A stretch of 64,000 nucleotides of DNA from Callorhinchus milii (taxonomy: Eukaryota): positions 84,818,001-84,882,000 of the forward strand of contig NW_024704742.1 in assembly GCF_018977255.1 (NCBI RefSeq), in the 5' to 3' direction. Numbering within the stretch: the stretch's first letter is position 1; every line of letters starts with the position of its first letter. The translations under genes were made by a program, and so were the position numbers. Shown here piece by piece: positions 52,757-64,000 of the stretch. The notes below the pieces were generated by a model. The model did no database searches. It was given only the letters and a program-made list of their open reading frames with translations, and was not told the DNA's origin.

Positions 52757-53514
52757 CTGTTTGAAAATAAAAAGACAAAAGATTCAGACTTGCAAGTGTG
52801 AACAAACACAATACGTTTACAGGGCACTTAAAACTCACAGAAACATATGCAAACCTCTGCTCATACAAAATGTTACACATTGCTGCCAACATTAGGAATA
52901 TACAGCTTTAGATCACAAAAGGTGTTTGGATGACCCTTCGTCATTTGATCTCATTCTTTCAGAACACCCACTCCATCTTAGCATCAACCTGGGTTTTTAA
53001 ATGCATACAGCTCCCTGGCCTTAACCATCCTTCCTGCAACCTGTTGTTCCAGTTTTTAATTAACCTCTAGATAAGGAAATACCTCCTTGTGTCTGTCCTG
53101 GAATTGCCCTTTGCTATAAGCCTATGAGTTGTTGAGGAGGTAGCTAACGTCCTGATCAGGCCCACCATTCATGGTGCTCCCAGAGCAGAGCAGACCTGTC
53201 CCCCTCCCTCTATCCTCCTAACCCCCTCCACTTGTCCCCTTTCCCCGTCCCTCTCTCCCTCTTCCCCAATTCCCTGCCTCTATCCTCCTGTGCCCCTGCT
53301 GCTAGGGGAGCAGCCATCAAATGGTCAAACAGCCCAGTAGTCGCCTGTAACAGCAGGGAACTAGACAGAGCAACCTGCCAAGTGCTTCAACATCAAATCA
53401 GGGTCCTCAATAAAGCATGTGAGTCATCGCGTTTGGCTTGATGTGACACAAGATGGCAAAGGAAATACACTGAGTCAGTGTGAATGCATACCTCCCTGAT
53501 GACATCTTCTCTTG

Positions 53515-53533
53515 TTACCTTGACTTGAAGCTC
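53515..53533 (-). CDS. SUSD1: Candidate SUSD1 C-terminal micro-exon, (W)SFKSR*
   Basis: ttctttcctgttag acceptor, then g agc ttc aag tca agg taa; possible donor gag|gtatgc at 53492/53491. Confidence 0.55.
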
Positions 53534-54454
53534 CTAACAGGAAAGAATTAAAACCAAAGTTATTTCCTCACTGGCTTTCTGACTGGTCCCAATCCCTGAA
53601 TTGCCTGTGCCATCCCTAAATCAGCCACCAGGAGGTGGGCCCAACGCTGGTCGTGGTGGATGGGGGAGTCTGGGGAGGGGCTGTCACATCCACAAATTCC
53701 TTTCCTTCTGTGTAAACAGATAAGTTCAGACCAGAAACACAGGAGAAATAGTTGCTGACTGAAGCGTATTAATCCATGCCATAGGAGACACACAGTCTTG
53801 TCAACAGGAGGACATCATTTAGAATTTCATTGACCAAAGCACAAGTATCAAAGTTAGTGAAAGGCTCCATCAATGGATTAATGTTCCCGGGGGTGGGGTG
53901 GAGTGGAGTGGGGGGGAGGCAGCTAATTGGAGTGAGTCATAAATTGATCGGCCATATAGTCATATAGCTCATGTTCTAAAAGGTGTCAGGAGACTCATTG
54001 TGACTTTCAGCCAAAGGAGTCTGTAGGCCTTTTGTATATATTTAAATTAAATTTTTTTAAAAAATTGCTTTTGACTAGACTTGTATAAACTAGGACTGGG
54101 AATATTGAGGGCGAGGGCTTGTGTTCCGGGGGGGAAGCTACACCTCCCTATCCTCCCAGTAGATCTGACACCACACACTGCGGCACAATAGTTGACAAAG
54201 ATAAGAAATAAATGAATAAATGTGCACATGTTGTTTTTCCTTTAAGAGATCCTGGCCTTAGGGTCAGGAAACACGAGCTGTTTCCTGAATCGTGCTGCAA
54301 TCCCTCCAGCCTCCTGTGTCAGCAAACATTACATTGCAATGGGCACCAGGAAGTGAATGTCACAACGGAAGCAAGGCCGGAGCCAGCTCATTGCAGAGGC
54401 AGAGAGGCAGACAATGCTGAAATCACAAGGGATGGCGAAAGCTTTGTTACATAC

Positions 54455-54548
54455 CATGCCAGAGAATAGCAGAAGAACAAGAGAAATCCAATAACTCCCA
54501 CAGACGCCACACCTAAAAAAGTCCTGTTCTGCACACCGTGTGATAAAC
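54455..54548 (-). CDS. SUSD1: SUSD1 transmembrane exon (94 bp)
   Basis: ttatttctgtag acceptor, gtatgt donor; (G)LSHGVQNRTFLGVASVGVIGFLLFFCYSLA plus TG; hydrophobic segment in the correct phase. Confidence 0.85.
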
Positions 54549-55159
54549 CTACAGAAATAAAGAGTCGGGTGAAGACCTTTCTCCTAATTGGTTACAAAAT
54601 CAAAGCTAACCAAGTCCAGGGAATGAGCTGCAGCTACCTCACTATAATATTTGCAATGATAATATAGTGTGCAGTGTAAAGGACACATTCTGAAAACCTG
54701 CAAAGTCACCTCAATACAAGTCAACATCTGTTTTTTAAGATCACAAGAAGAACAAGAGGTGGAAGATTCTTGAAAGCAAATCTCACACTGCAAAACAGTT
54801 ACCAAGCTCTGCTTATCACAGAAGTGTCTAAGGCCAACATCATTCAAATTTAGTAAAAAGTTTATTTAAGATATTATTTATGACTTTCCTGTCAGTGATA
54901 GCTGACAGCAGTGCTGCTGATGTGGGAGTGTGCAGTCCACTCCTGGCTCCGTGCCTGCAAAACTCTTAAAAACATATCCATTTCAACTGTGCCACTGTTC
55001 AATACCCTTTAAACACTCCTCACGTGCTCCCTAAACAACTCTGTGAAATCTTTGAGAGGTTAACCTATGTGAAAGGTGTTATACAAGTGAAAGTTGTTGT
55101 AGCGGAGACAGCACCATAAGCGTCTGGTGTAATAATAATAATCCTTGCATTTGATATAC

Positions 55160-56000
55160 AAGAACAACAAAATTACATTTGTAAAGCGCTTTTCAGTCCC
55201 AAGGAGCTGAACAGTCGGGGATCAGGACCCGAGCGTGGAGGGGGCAGGGTAGCCATGAGGGAGGTCAGAGGGCGACTGAAGGCACGGTCGAAAAGGAGGG
55301 TCTTGAGTCGTGCCTTGAAGGAGGCAAGAGAGGGAGCAAAGCGAAGGGATTGTGGGATGGAGTTCTAGAAGGTGGGGGCAGAGAGGCTGAAAGCCCGACC
55401 GCCGATGGTAGGGCAGGTTGGGCGGGAGACATGGAGTAGGCTGGAGCCCGCTGAGCAGAGGGAGCGGGCAGGTTGATAGGGAGTCAGCGGGTCAGAGATG
55501 TAGGAGGGGGAAAGGCCGTGGAGGGCCTTGAAAGTGAAGATGAGGATTTTGAATTCTATCCTCTGGGGGATGGGGAGCCAGTGGAGCCGGGCGAGGGTGG
55601 GAGTGATGGGGTCATGGACTCTGGTACAGGAGAGGACACGAGCTGCAGAGTTCTGGATGACCTGCAGCTTGTGGAGGGAAGCCCTGGGATGGCCGACAAG
55701 GAGGGAGTTTCCGGAGTCGAGCCTTGAGGTGACGAAGGTATGTGTGAGGGTTACGGTGGCCTGAGGGGTGAGGCAGTGGCGGAGTCGGGCAATGTTGCAG
55801 AGGTGGGGGAAGGCAGAGCAGGTCATGGCACAGATATGGGGGAGAAAGGACAGTTGAAGGTTGAACAAGATGCCCAGGTTGCTGCCTGGCTTGGTGAGGT
55901 GGAGTGTGCAGCCATAGATGCTGATGCTGCCAGTGCCTGAGGTGCTGATATGAGCTAATTAGGAGGGCCTCGGTCTTACTGATGTTCAGTTGGGGAAGTT
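55160..56000 (-). mobile_element. L2-clade LINE 3' portion in a SUSD1 intron
   Basis: LQVIQNSAARVL, LHWLPIPQRIEFKIL, GGRAFS. Confidence 0.9.
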
Positions 56001-56608
56001 ATTATCCCTGGAAAACGATCCACCAATAAACTCACCAGTTAGTTTCCTATTTATTTAGTTGTTACCAGTTAGTTTCCTACTTACTGCTAGGTAAACAGAG
56101 GAGTGCAAAGCAAGGAAACCAAACCTGTTAGGTATGGAAGTGTCTATGTGATGCAAGTGGCACAGGTGAGTAACTCGTTTTGCAATCATACCTACAGGCC
56201 ATGAAACTCCCAGGATTGACCTCTCCCCTGAGCAGCGTGATCATTCCTGTGCAGTGACACAATCCAGGGGCTGGAAGTTCCACTTGTAGCTTCCAATAGC
56301 TGTAATTTTCCTACCTCAGTCTGTAACAGGTAGAACTACTGAAGCCTTAAAATCCACCTAGTCTTAGCCGGTAAGACCATTTTATCTTAATATTTAAGAA
56401 GGTGAAGAATTATGGAAAATTCATGGATTGAATATTAATTTGGAAGCCTTTTTAGAACTGTGGGAAAAACTGTTTCCAAATTTTCCAAAATTATTATTAT
56501 AATAATGCTCAATCATTGAGATGTCTCAAAGCAATTCACAGGATATACTGTAAAGTGGATTGACTGCATATTTTGGGGAAAAGTAGGAGACAGATGAGTT
56601 CCTCTTAC

Positions 56609-56648
56609 CTTTTAACTGTGCCAACACCACACATGACTGTTTCCTCAC
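56609..56648 (-). CDS. SUSD1: SUSD1 small exon (40 bp)
   Basis: ttttgttgttag acceptor, gtaaga donor; VRKQSCVVLAQLK, similar to human VRRHSCAVWAQVK; phase 0 in, phase 1 out. Confidence 0.85.
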
Positions 56649-57009
56649 CTAACAACAAAACATCAAAACGTAATTGTACCTTGATGGCAACACATGTCTC
56701 GACTTACACAATTCGTGGAAATAAGTCATACCCAACAAACCGGCTCAGCTGCAAAACTCTGCCAGGGCAAGAACTGTACTTTTTCCACACTTTAAATTGA
56801 CGTTCTGGAGGCCCGAAAACCAGCACAAAACCCTTTCTCACAAGATGGCAAGGGAAGTTTGGATGAAGGAATACCCATCAGAATATCCGTCCTACTATCC
56901 TCTCATCACAGCACTGAGCTATTTCTTTAATGCTTAAGGTCCTCCTGACTTCCTCCAGACATAATTACAGTGATGTCTCCAGTGCGTCCACTTGTGTGTG
57001 TGTGTGTGC

Positions 57010-57330
57010 AGGGTAAGGCTGGGGTTAAGGTGGAGGAATAAGGCAGGGGGGGAAGATAGGGGGTTAGATGGTGGGTGATAGTGGCTAAAGATGCAGTGTA
57101 AGGCAGGGGTTAAGGCCGAGCGTAAGGCCTGGGGGTGCGGTAATGCAGGGGAATAGGGTGGGGGGGTGTAAGTAAGGTGGGGAGTGTAAAGTGGGGGGTT
57201 AAGGCAAGGGAGTAAGGCGGGGGGTAAGGAGCGGGAGTAAGGTAGGGGGGTAAGGTGGGGGGTAAGGAGTGGGGATAAGGTGGGGGCTAAGGCGGGCGGG
57301 TAAGATGGGGTAAGGTGGTGGGTGGGGTGG
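57010..57330 (+). repeat. G-rich degenerate minisatellite, unit ~(taaggyrgggg)
   Basis: About 25 units of 11-13 bp, most with a G run. Confidence 0.85.
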
Positions 57331-58194
57331 AAAAAAGGGAGCAATGGCTCCTCAGAGACAGGTATCACGAGCCATAGAAGTGGGAAAAACACCTCGTTTC
57401 ACAACCGTTGTCGCCTTCAAATATAAATATTGCAAAAACCAACATTGAACTGGTTCCAAATATACTGTAGACGGCTCATAAGGAGAGCAGCCTCAGTCAG
57501 GGAAAAAACACCATCAATTGAAATCTACACTGAGAAATGTAACTAGTGCTTCTGTCAACACAATAAAAGTTACTGTTGGAGGGCGAAGTTATTTCACAGT
57601 GTGAAAAGCCAGGGACTGAGCAGCGCAAGCAAGTTGCTGGTCCTTCAGACCCTGCGCATGATTATTGCGGAACACTATATCTAGATACAATTAATTTTTA
57701 TTTTCTGTTGCAGTTGAGTCAAGCGTAACAATGTCTGACACCAGTAACTTCCTCGTCACTCCATCCTTGTTACTGAAGATGTGGCACTGAACTTGGATCA
57801 TTATCTGTCATTAAAATGATGGCGCTCCTACACACTGATCCTCTGGATGCCTAAATACAGTTCAACACTTGTACTGAATACAATTAAGTATTTCTAAATA
57901 TAATTATCATCATTCTTCCATACTGTCAGTGCACTGTAAAAAAACACATGGGGATAACAGGATGTGTACATCATTGGACGTGCTAATGTATAGAGGAAGT
58001 AGTGAATTTAAAGCATTTCTGAGGGGAGCAGTGGATCAGTTACATTGATTTTGTTTCCCCAGAGAAATGACTAAAGGAGCAAACATTTCCATGGCTCCAT
58101 TCTCCAATGGGTTCTACGTCAAATAAATCCGAGCAGCCTCAGCCCAGTCCCCGTTCATTAAAGGATCTGCACCACAAAACATCCCACAATTAGC

Positions 58195-58428
58195 GAGTTG
58201 TTCGAATCTGGAATGCATTGCCTGAAAGGGTGGTCGAGGCCGATTCGATAACTACTTTTAAAAACACGGTGAACGGGTATTTGAGGAGGACGGGTTTGCA
58301 GGGTTATGGGGAAAGGGCTGGGGAGTGTGATTGACATTAATTGCTCTATTCAAAGAGCCGGCACAAACTCGATGGGCCAAATGGCCTCTTTTTGTGCTGT
58401 ACAATTCTATGATTCTATGATTCTATGA
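58195..58428 (+). mobile_element. CR1 3' end
   Basis: tggaatgcattgcct (WNALP), gggccaaatggcct hairpin, (attctatg)3 tail. Confidence 0.85.
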
Positions 58429-59699
58429 ATCTGAAACAAATTGGCACTAAATCGCTGTCTTGCTCAGGCCGCCAGAAAAGCCAGTGGGAGAAATGTAAGT
58501 TACGTTGTTAGAGAGAGACCAAGAGGTTTTGAGGTTGGCTGCCTACGACAACAATCCGCTCTGATGCATTTGAGACATTTCGACAAGCACCAAGTCACAT
58601 GCAAATGTTATTATAAGGGTATTCTATTTGCTGTGCATCAGCCAGTGTGGTGCCTGATCCAGGAGGATGAGGAGCTGCACAAAGTGCTCAGAGCGAGTAG
58701 GGCACTTTCACTGCACTCTTATTCCTCAGAGTAATTATCACAAAGTCACCAAACACCGAATATATTTTAGGGGAAAAAAAACTTGTGAGACAGAACCTGC
58801 TGTGGTATAATCACAGTTTGATTGTTTCTTATGTATACTTGAATGGGTGAAAAGATTATCTGAGGGTACTGTACTATTCTCTTATTAAACAATCTGCCTA
58901 GTTGATTGGTGAATATGCTTCTCTCTGCAGTGTCCCTCTCTACCTCTAGCAGTTCCATGTCCTCCCCCACCCCACATATAGAAACACACACGCACTGACT
59001 TTTTGCTCGCTCCCTTGATCTCTCACCCAGTCTGTCTACTTCTCAATTCCTCTTCTGCTTCTCACTATTACTCTAAGATATCAATTACAGTGTTAGAGGC
59101 AGATCCTACCCACCACTATTACCTTGCTATAACACAGTTGGGATTTTATGGGTCCCAAATATAGCATTATAACCAGGCTGCAGTGTATATTCCTTAATAT
59201 TATTTCTAATTAAGTAGATGGATAAGTGCTTCTTCTATGTTTTCTTGTGCATTTCCACAATCCTCTTTCTCTCAGAGAATAGGAGACATGCTGCCAGTGT
59301 TAGCTTCCACCTAGTGGATTAGTGTTGGACTGACAGATTTAAACCAATTTTTTCTTTCCCATTATTCTTTTTAGATACTGTTTTTTTAAAGCGCAGATTT
59401 TGTTTGAGTGAACATATCTGGGTGTCTCAAGGTGAGGAACATCATGTAGATCATTTTTGTCCCCGTTTTTGTACCCTGCATTTCCCCAGGTCTGACTTAG
59501 CACAAATTTAATGCTGGTTAAAGCTAAAATCTTTCCTCCCACCAATATGTTGTCATCTCCCTATCCCTCCCCGCATGAGAATGCACCCTCCGCCCCAAAC
59601 CAGTGCACCACTGTAAACTGTTCCCACATCGGTATCCTATGATTTCTCTGGCCAAGATTGCCAATTTGTGCTGAGCTCTGTATGACAACTAATTCAGAA

Positions 59700-60010
59700 C
59701 TCGCCACCCATACTAAACTCCGTACCACCATCACACGAGTCCTCGCCAAGCTCCCCAGGCTCCCTATCACAGAACAGATCAATTTCAAGATCCTCTCACT
59801 CGTCTACAAATCCCTTTACTCTTTGGCACCTCCCTACGATTCTGACCTAGTTTCTCCCCTCTCCACTACCCGCTGCCTCCGCTCAGCTGGTTCTGGCCTC
59901 CTGCATGTCCCTCATCCCCTCCGCTCCACCATCGGCAGCCACGCTTTCAGCCGCTATGCCCTGAAGCTTTGGAACTCTCTCCCCCAATCCCTCTGCCTTG
60001 CCCCCTCCTT
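59700..60010 (+). mobile_element. L2 3' fragment
   Basis: LPITEQINFKILSLVYKSL...AFSRYALKLWNSLP. Confidence 0.85.
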
Positions 60011-60880
60011 CCCCATTTTATTGTGCAGAGGAAGCATGCTCTCTCATCCACTAACTGCTGATTAAATGCCACGTCTTTCTTTTCCACAGTTTTTTATTGT
60101 TTTTTATCATTTTTTGTGCTTAACTGAATGAGGTGGAAACTCTTTCACTGAAAATCTTTTTAAATCACTCTCTTTATTTCTCAGACAAGGTTGCTTTGAA
60201 AACAAATAGTAATAATAATCCTTGCGTTTGGTGTAGCGACTTTTAATCAGGAGGACATCTCAAAGCACTTCACAGGATATACTGTAAAGTGTAGTGACTG
60301 GATTTTGACTGTGGTAGCCAATTTGTGCACAGCAATGTCTCACCAACAGCCATGAAGTGAGTGACTGATTTTACATGGGGAATAGTCTATCTTGTCGTCT
60401 TTCCAATGTTACCCTAGAGATGGAAGATATTCTTGCAACTTACAGTAACAGCATCGTTGCATAGTTACCGGCTATATAACAGCTCATTTTACAACTGAAT
60501 GACAAACAATTAGAAAGGACAAAATGCAACATGTGATAAGTATCACTAGTTATCAACCTTAAAAGTTCAATTAACAAAGAATGCTGTAAACCTGTACTGA
60601 AATCGCCATCATCACTAGACTTTGGGCCTAACTATTATGACCACACCACCTGGTCCATTGACAGGGATGGACTTTCTGACAATAATAAAAATTAATAATA
60701 ATCCTTGCATTTTATATAGTGCCATATTTTATCATTGAGAAGTCTTAAAGCGCTTCATAGAATATATTGTAAAGTGGCTTGAGTGTATTTTGTGGACGAT
60801 AATTATATATTTATCACATCACAAATCGCATTTCTCCCCCTTCTGGATTTTTTTAACATAAAATACGAAGATCAACTTAC

Positions 60881-61136
60881 GTAGCCCCATTCGCTAATGA
60901 CTTTCAGCAAAAAAGAATAGTTCTTTCCTGCTTCTAAAGGAGCGTTATAGTACGCTCGATAATAGAGCCGATCTCCCACAGAGAATTCCATCCCATCCTC
61001 AACATCCATTGCCACAAACTCGGCTGTCACGTATCCCTCGCTGTCTCTGTTGGGGCCAAAGAAGCCGCTGATGTTCAGGGAGTTGCAGGTGAATGTGTGC
61101 TGGAAGTGCAATGGCAAAACAAGCACTTGGTAAAGA
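60881..61136 (-). CDS. SUSD1: SUSD1 internal exon (256 bp)
   Basis: ctttccctctctag acceptor, gtaagt donor; LYQVLVLPLHFQHTFTCNS...GYVTAEF...VGDRLYYRAYYNAPLEAGKNYSFLLKVISEWGY, matching SUSD1 YQVLVLPL...GDRLYY..YYNAPL. Confidence 0.92.
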
Positions 61137-61619
61137 CTAGAGAGGGAAAGAAAATAAATGGATCGAACGTGAGTTTAATATCAACCCAGCCGGCCGGCGA
61201 CGCTGTGAACCACTGCAATAATTTATGATTGATCCGAAAATTGATCCTGTGATCCTCCACATTTACACAAATTTCTAAAAAAAATAAGGCAAATCCAGCT
61301 TTAAAAAGCAGAAGAAATAGGAAAGGAGAGTGGAACTGAATGGAAAGCTCTTTCAAAAAGACCGCACGGGCACGATGTGCAGAATGAACCCCTTCAGTGA
61401 AGTAAAAGGTTCGCCTGCATTCGGGCAAATCCGGGGACATTGTAGAAGAGGGGGATATGGTGGTGCTGGAGGAAAGTGGACTTGGTCAAAATGAAAGGCT
61501 TAAAGGTCAAACAACACACCAAGACTGCACACAAGCTCTTTGACCTGGAGCGACTAATGTGCTAATTCCATATCTTCTTGACTTGTGCAGAGGTCCATTT
61601 ACTAATCTACCATGTTTAC

Positions 61620-61713
61620 CTGATGGGCCCATTCTTCTCTTCTACTCTACGGAGGATGAGGGGTGGTAATAGACGTTCCACAACTACGATCTCCACATCA
61701 GGCACTGGAGGAG
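61620..61713 (-). CDS. SUSD1: SUSD1 internal exon (94 bp)
   Basis: acttcag acceptor, gtaaac donor; (A)PPVPDVEIVVVERLLPPLILRRVEEKNGPI(S); phases fit both neighbours. Confidence 0.9.
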
Positions 61714-62950
61714 CTGAAGTACAAGAAGTTTTATTTAAAAATGTCACAGAAACTAGGACAATTATTTTTGGGGGGGGTTGAGGAATCAACTGGGTGTCTG
61801 ACAGATGCAGAAACCCATCACCATGCTTAAGAATATCCAAAGCAAATTGAGAATTCCATGTATCCCACCTACACATGGAAATCCCAGAGACAGATTGTTG
61901 GAATGGAATGTGCACTCTCTCCCATCCTGTTTACCTAATTCTGGAAAGTATGAGGTGCAGGCTTCCAAGAGCCAAAGAATGGGGACCCCAGAGTCTGTGT
62001 TGGGGCACTGCTGGAGAGTAACCAGCTAAAACCACATAGCTTGCCATTGATATCTCTGTCTGGCAAGCTTTCCCATTGCTTCTCCAGCTCGGACCAGCCT
62101 CCCCGTTAAGGTCAAAGTGCTTGCCTGTTATCGACAAGGCAGTCCACAAGACAAAGTCTAAGTGTAGATTAGAGAAGGAGAAACCTCTTGTGACAGATTA
62201 TGGTGGCGTGACATGGCGTCATACACCGGGACCCTCTTCATGTGTGAGGTCTACAATCATGAAAGGTGGTGGGGGGAGGGGGGGGAAGAGGCATCAGATC
62301 CTGACCTGTCCTCGCCCAGTGCCACACATTTACGTTCAGTCACCAAAAAGCCATCAGCAGGAAGAATCCCAACTGTTTATTCACATTTCCTAATCCAGGA
62401 GGCTGACTGTAACATCCTCACTACCATCTTACCAATTTCAATTAAATACAGAAAATACTGAGCAATGATGGAAACTGTCCTTCCTCTGGATTCTTGATTT
62501 CCTGTTCTCTTCCCTCTTCATAACTTTGCTTATTTATTGCAATTATTATTATTTATTTCAATACTTGGTCCTTCACGTTTGCAGATATAATGTAATAATA
62601 ATCCTTGCATTTGATATAGTGCCTTATTACGTCATTGAGACATCTCAAAGCGCTTCACAGAATATATTGTACAGTGAATTGACTGTATATTATGTAGGCA
62701 AAACTGGGCAGCCAATTGTGCACAGTAGTAGAAAGTTAGAGCTCATCCAGGACTTAATGTCTGAAAGGCAATCAGTCAGAACTGCAGTTGTTCTGGGAGT
62801 CGAGGTTAGAGTCAGAGAGATAAGAGTTTGGTGGAAGTGGACCCTGTGCCTATGGATGACGATAGAGGATGGAGCATAGAACCCAGAGGAACAACGCACG
62901 TGACTGTGTGGGAGTGGGAGGCAGAGAGGGGATTAGATCTCTTTACTCAC

Positions 62951-63137
62951 CAGATATTTTGGTTGATATTTGTACAGAGGCAGAAAGCTGCTCTGTAAAA
63001 GCTGTAATGTTCACTGTATAATTAGTCCCCGGCTGTAGGTCTAAACAAACCGCTGGGGAGATATCTGCAGTGGTGTAGTTAAACAATTCTGCAGTAAAGA
63101 AATCTCTTTGGTAGATTCTTTTCCCCCAGACCTGAAA
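62951..63137 (-). CDS. SUSD1: SUSD1 internal exon, FN3-like region (187 bp)
   Basis: ttttctcttccag acceptor, gtgagt donor; FQVWGKRIYQRDFFTAELFNYTTADISPAVCLDLQPGTNYTVNITAFTEQLSASVQISTKIS, matching recalled SUSD1 motifs WGQRWYQ...VCLDLRPGTNY. Confidence 0.9.
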
Positions 63138-63444
63138 CTGGAAGAGAAAATATCTTGTGGCAAATACTCTGGAAAGCAAACATTGCATTCAGTTTTCCTG
63201 AACTTAACAGAAATTACAGGCTGCATACATTTTATAAGCAATCCTTGCATTTGGATTTCATAATAATAATAATAATTCTTGCATTTGATATATCACCATA
63301 CCACGTCTTTGAGATGTCTCAAAGCGCATCACAGAATATAGTGTAAAGTGAATCGACAATATATTTTTATGGGCGAAATGCGGCAGTCAATTATCATCAG
63401 CAGTGAGTATCATTTAAGTATCTATGGATAGTTACATATTAACA

Positions 63445-63830
63445 ATAATATAATAATAAATAATCCTTGCATTTGATATAGCGCCTTATCACCTCGTTGA
63501 GACGTCTGAAAGCACTTCACAGGATACACGGTAAAGTGTAGTGACAGTGTATTTTGTGGGTGAAACGCGGCAGTTGATTGCACACAGCAGCATTCCACAA
63601 ACAGTGGTGGATTGAGTGATCAAATTATTATTTATTATTTTGAAGGGATTATTACTCCAGGAAAGCGATCCGCCAATCAACTAACAAACAGGTTCCTTAC
63701 TGTTAGGTAAACAGAGATGCGTGTGTATGAGAAGTCTGGAAACTTGCCCAACATTTCGCCCTGCCCAGCCGGGAATCGAATTGAACCCGGGTCCTCTCGC
63801 TTCCGAGGTGAGCGCTCTTACCGCTACACT
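63445..63830 (-). mobile_element. tRNA-derived SINE, long subfamily
   Basis: Full-length similarity to the other copies. Confidence 0.85.
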
Positions 63831-64000
63831 ATGGTATAAACTTCACGAGAATAATTCTCACACTCACAATGGTAGCAATGGTGCTGTTGTGCCAGGCCCA
63901 ATCTCCTATTCAGTGGTGGACTGACTATCCGGAAAATTGGGAAAATCTCCCGAATGTCCCGTGATTGACCGCCGTACCCCCATCAAATCGTACTCCTATT

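Noticed and set aside
56934..57392. 152-aa Pro-rich ORF on the SUSD1 strand
   Set aside because: Translation of the G-rich minisatellite; flanking SUSD1 exons already join in frame without it.
1..64000. CRISPR arrays or prokaryotic-style operons
   Set aside because: The sequence is eukaryotic with spliced genes; no regularly spaced repeat-spacer array seen.

Overview
Vertebrate genomic DNA, most likely from a cartilaginous fish (inferred from the repeat types: tRNA/L2-tail SINEs, Deu-domain SINEs, L2, CR1, Penelope ends). Two genes face each other. On the + strand are UGCG (ceramide glucosyltransferase) coding exons 2-9 (12134-27864; exon 1 lies upstream of the window) and a long, repeat-free putative 3' UTR to about 30.5 kb. 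On the - strand are the last coding exons of SUSD1 (63137 down to about 53515), the same neighbour and orientation as in human. All called exons have GT-AG boundaries and compatible phases. The rest is intron/intergenic DNA rich in transposon relics: many L2 and CR1 fragments, a tRNA-derived SINE in two subfamilies, a non-autonomous Helitron, an internally deleted hAT/Charlie element with TIRs and TSD, Penelope-type termini carrying a minimal hammerhead-ribozyme motif, and an HSP70 pseudogene fragment. Most long ORFs in the track are repeat-derived. Highlights: an apparently intact type I hammerhead motif antisense in UGCG intron 1, a possible split TG|A stop / micro-exon switch of the SUSD1 tail, and several local templated or inverted duplications. 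No database searches were run; family names come from recalled motif similarity.
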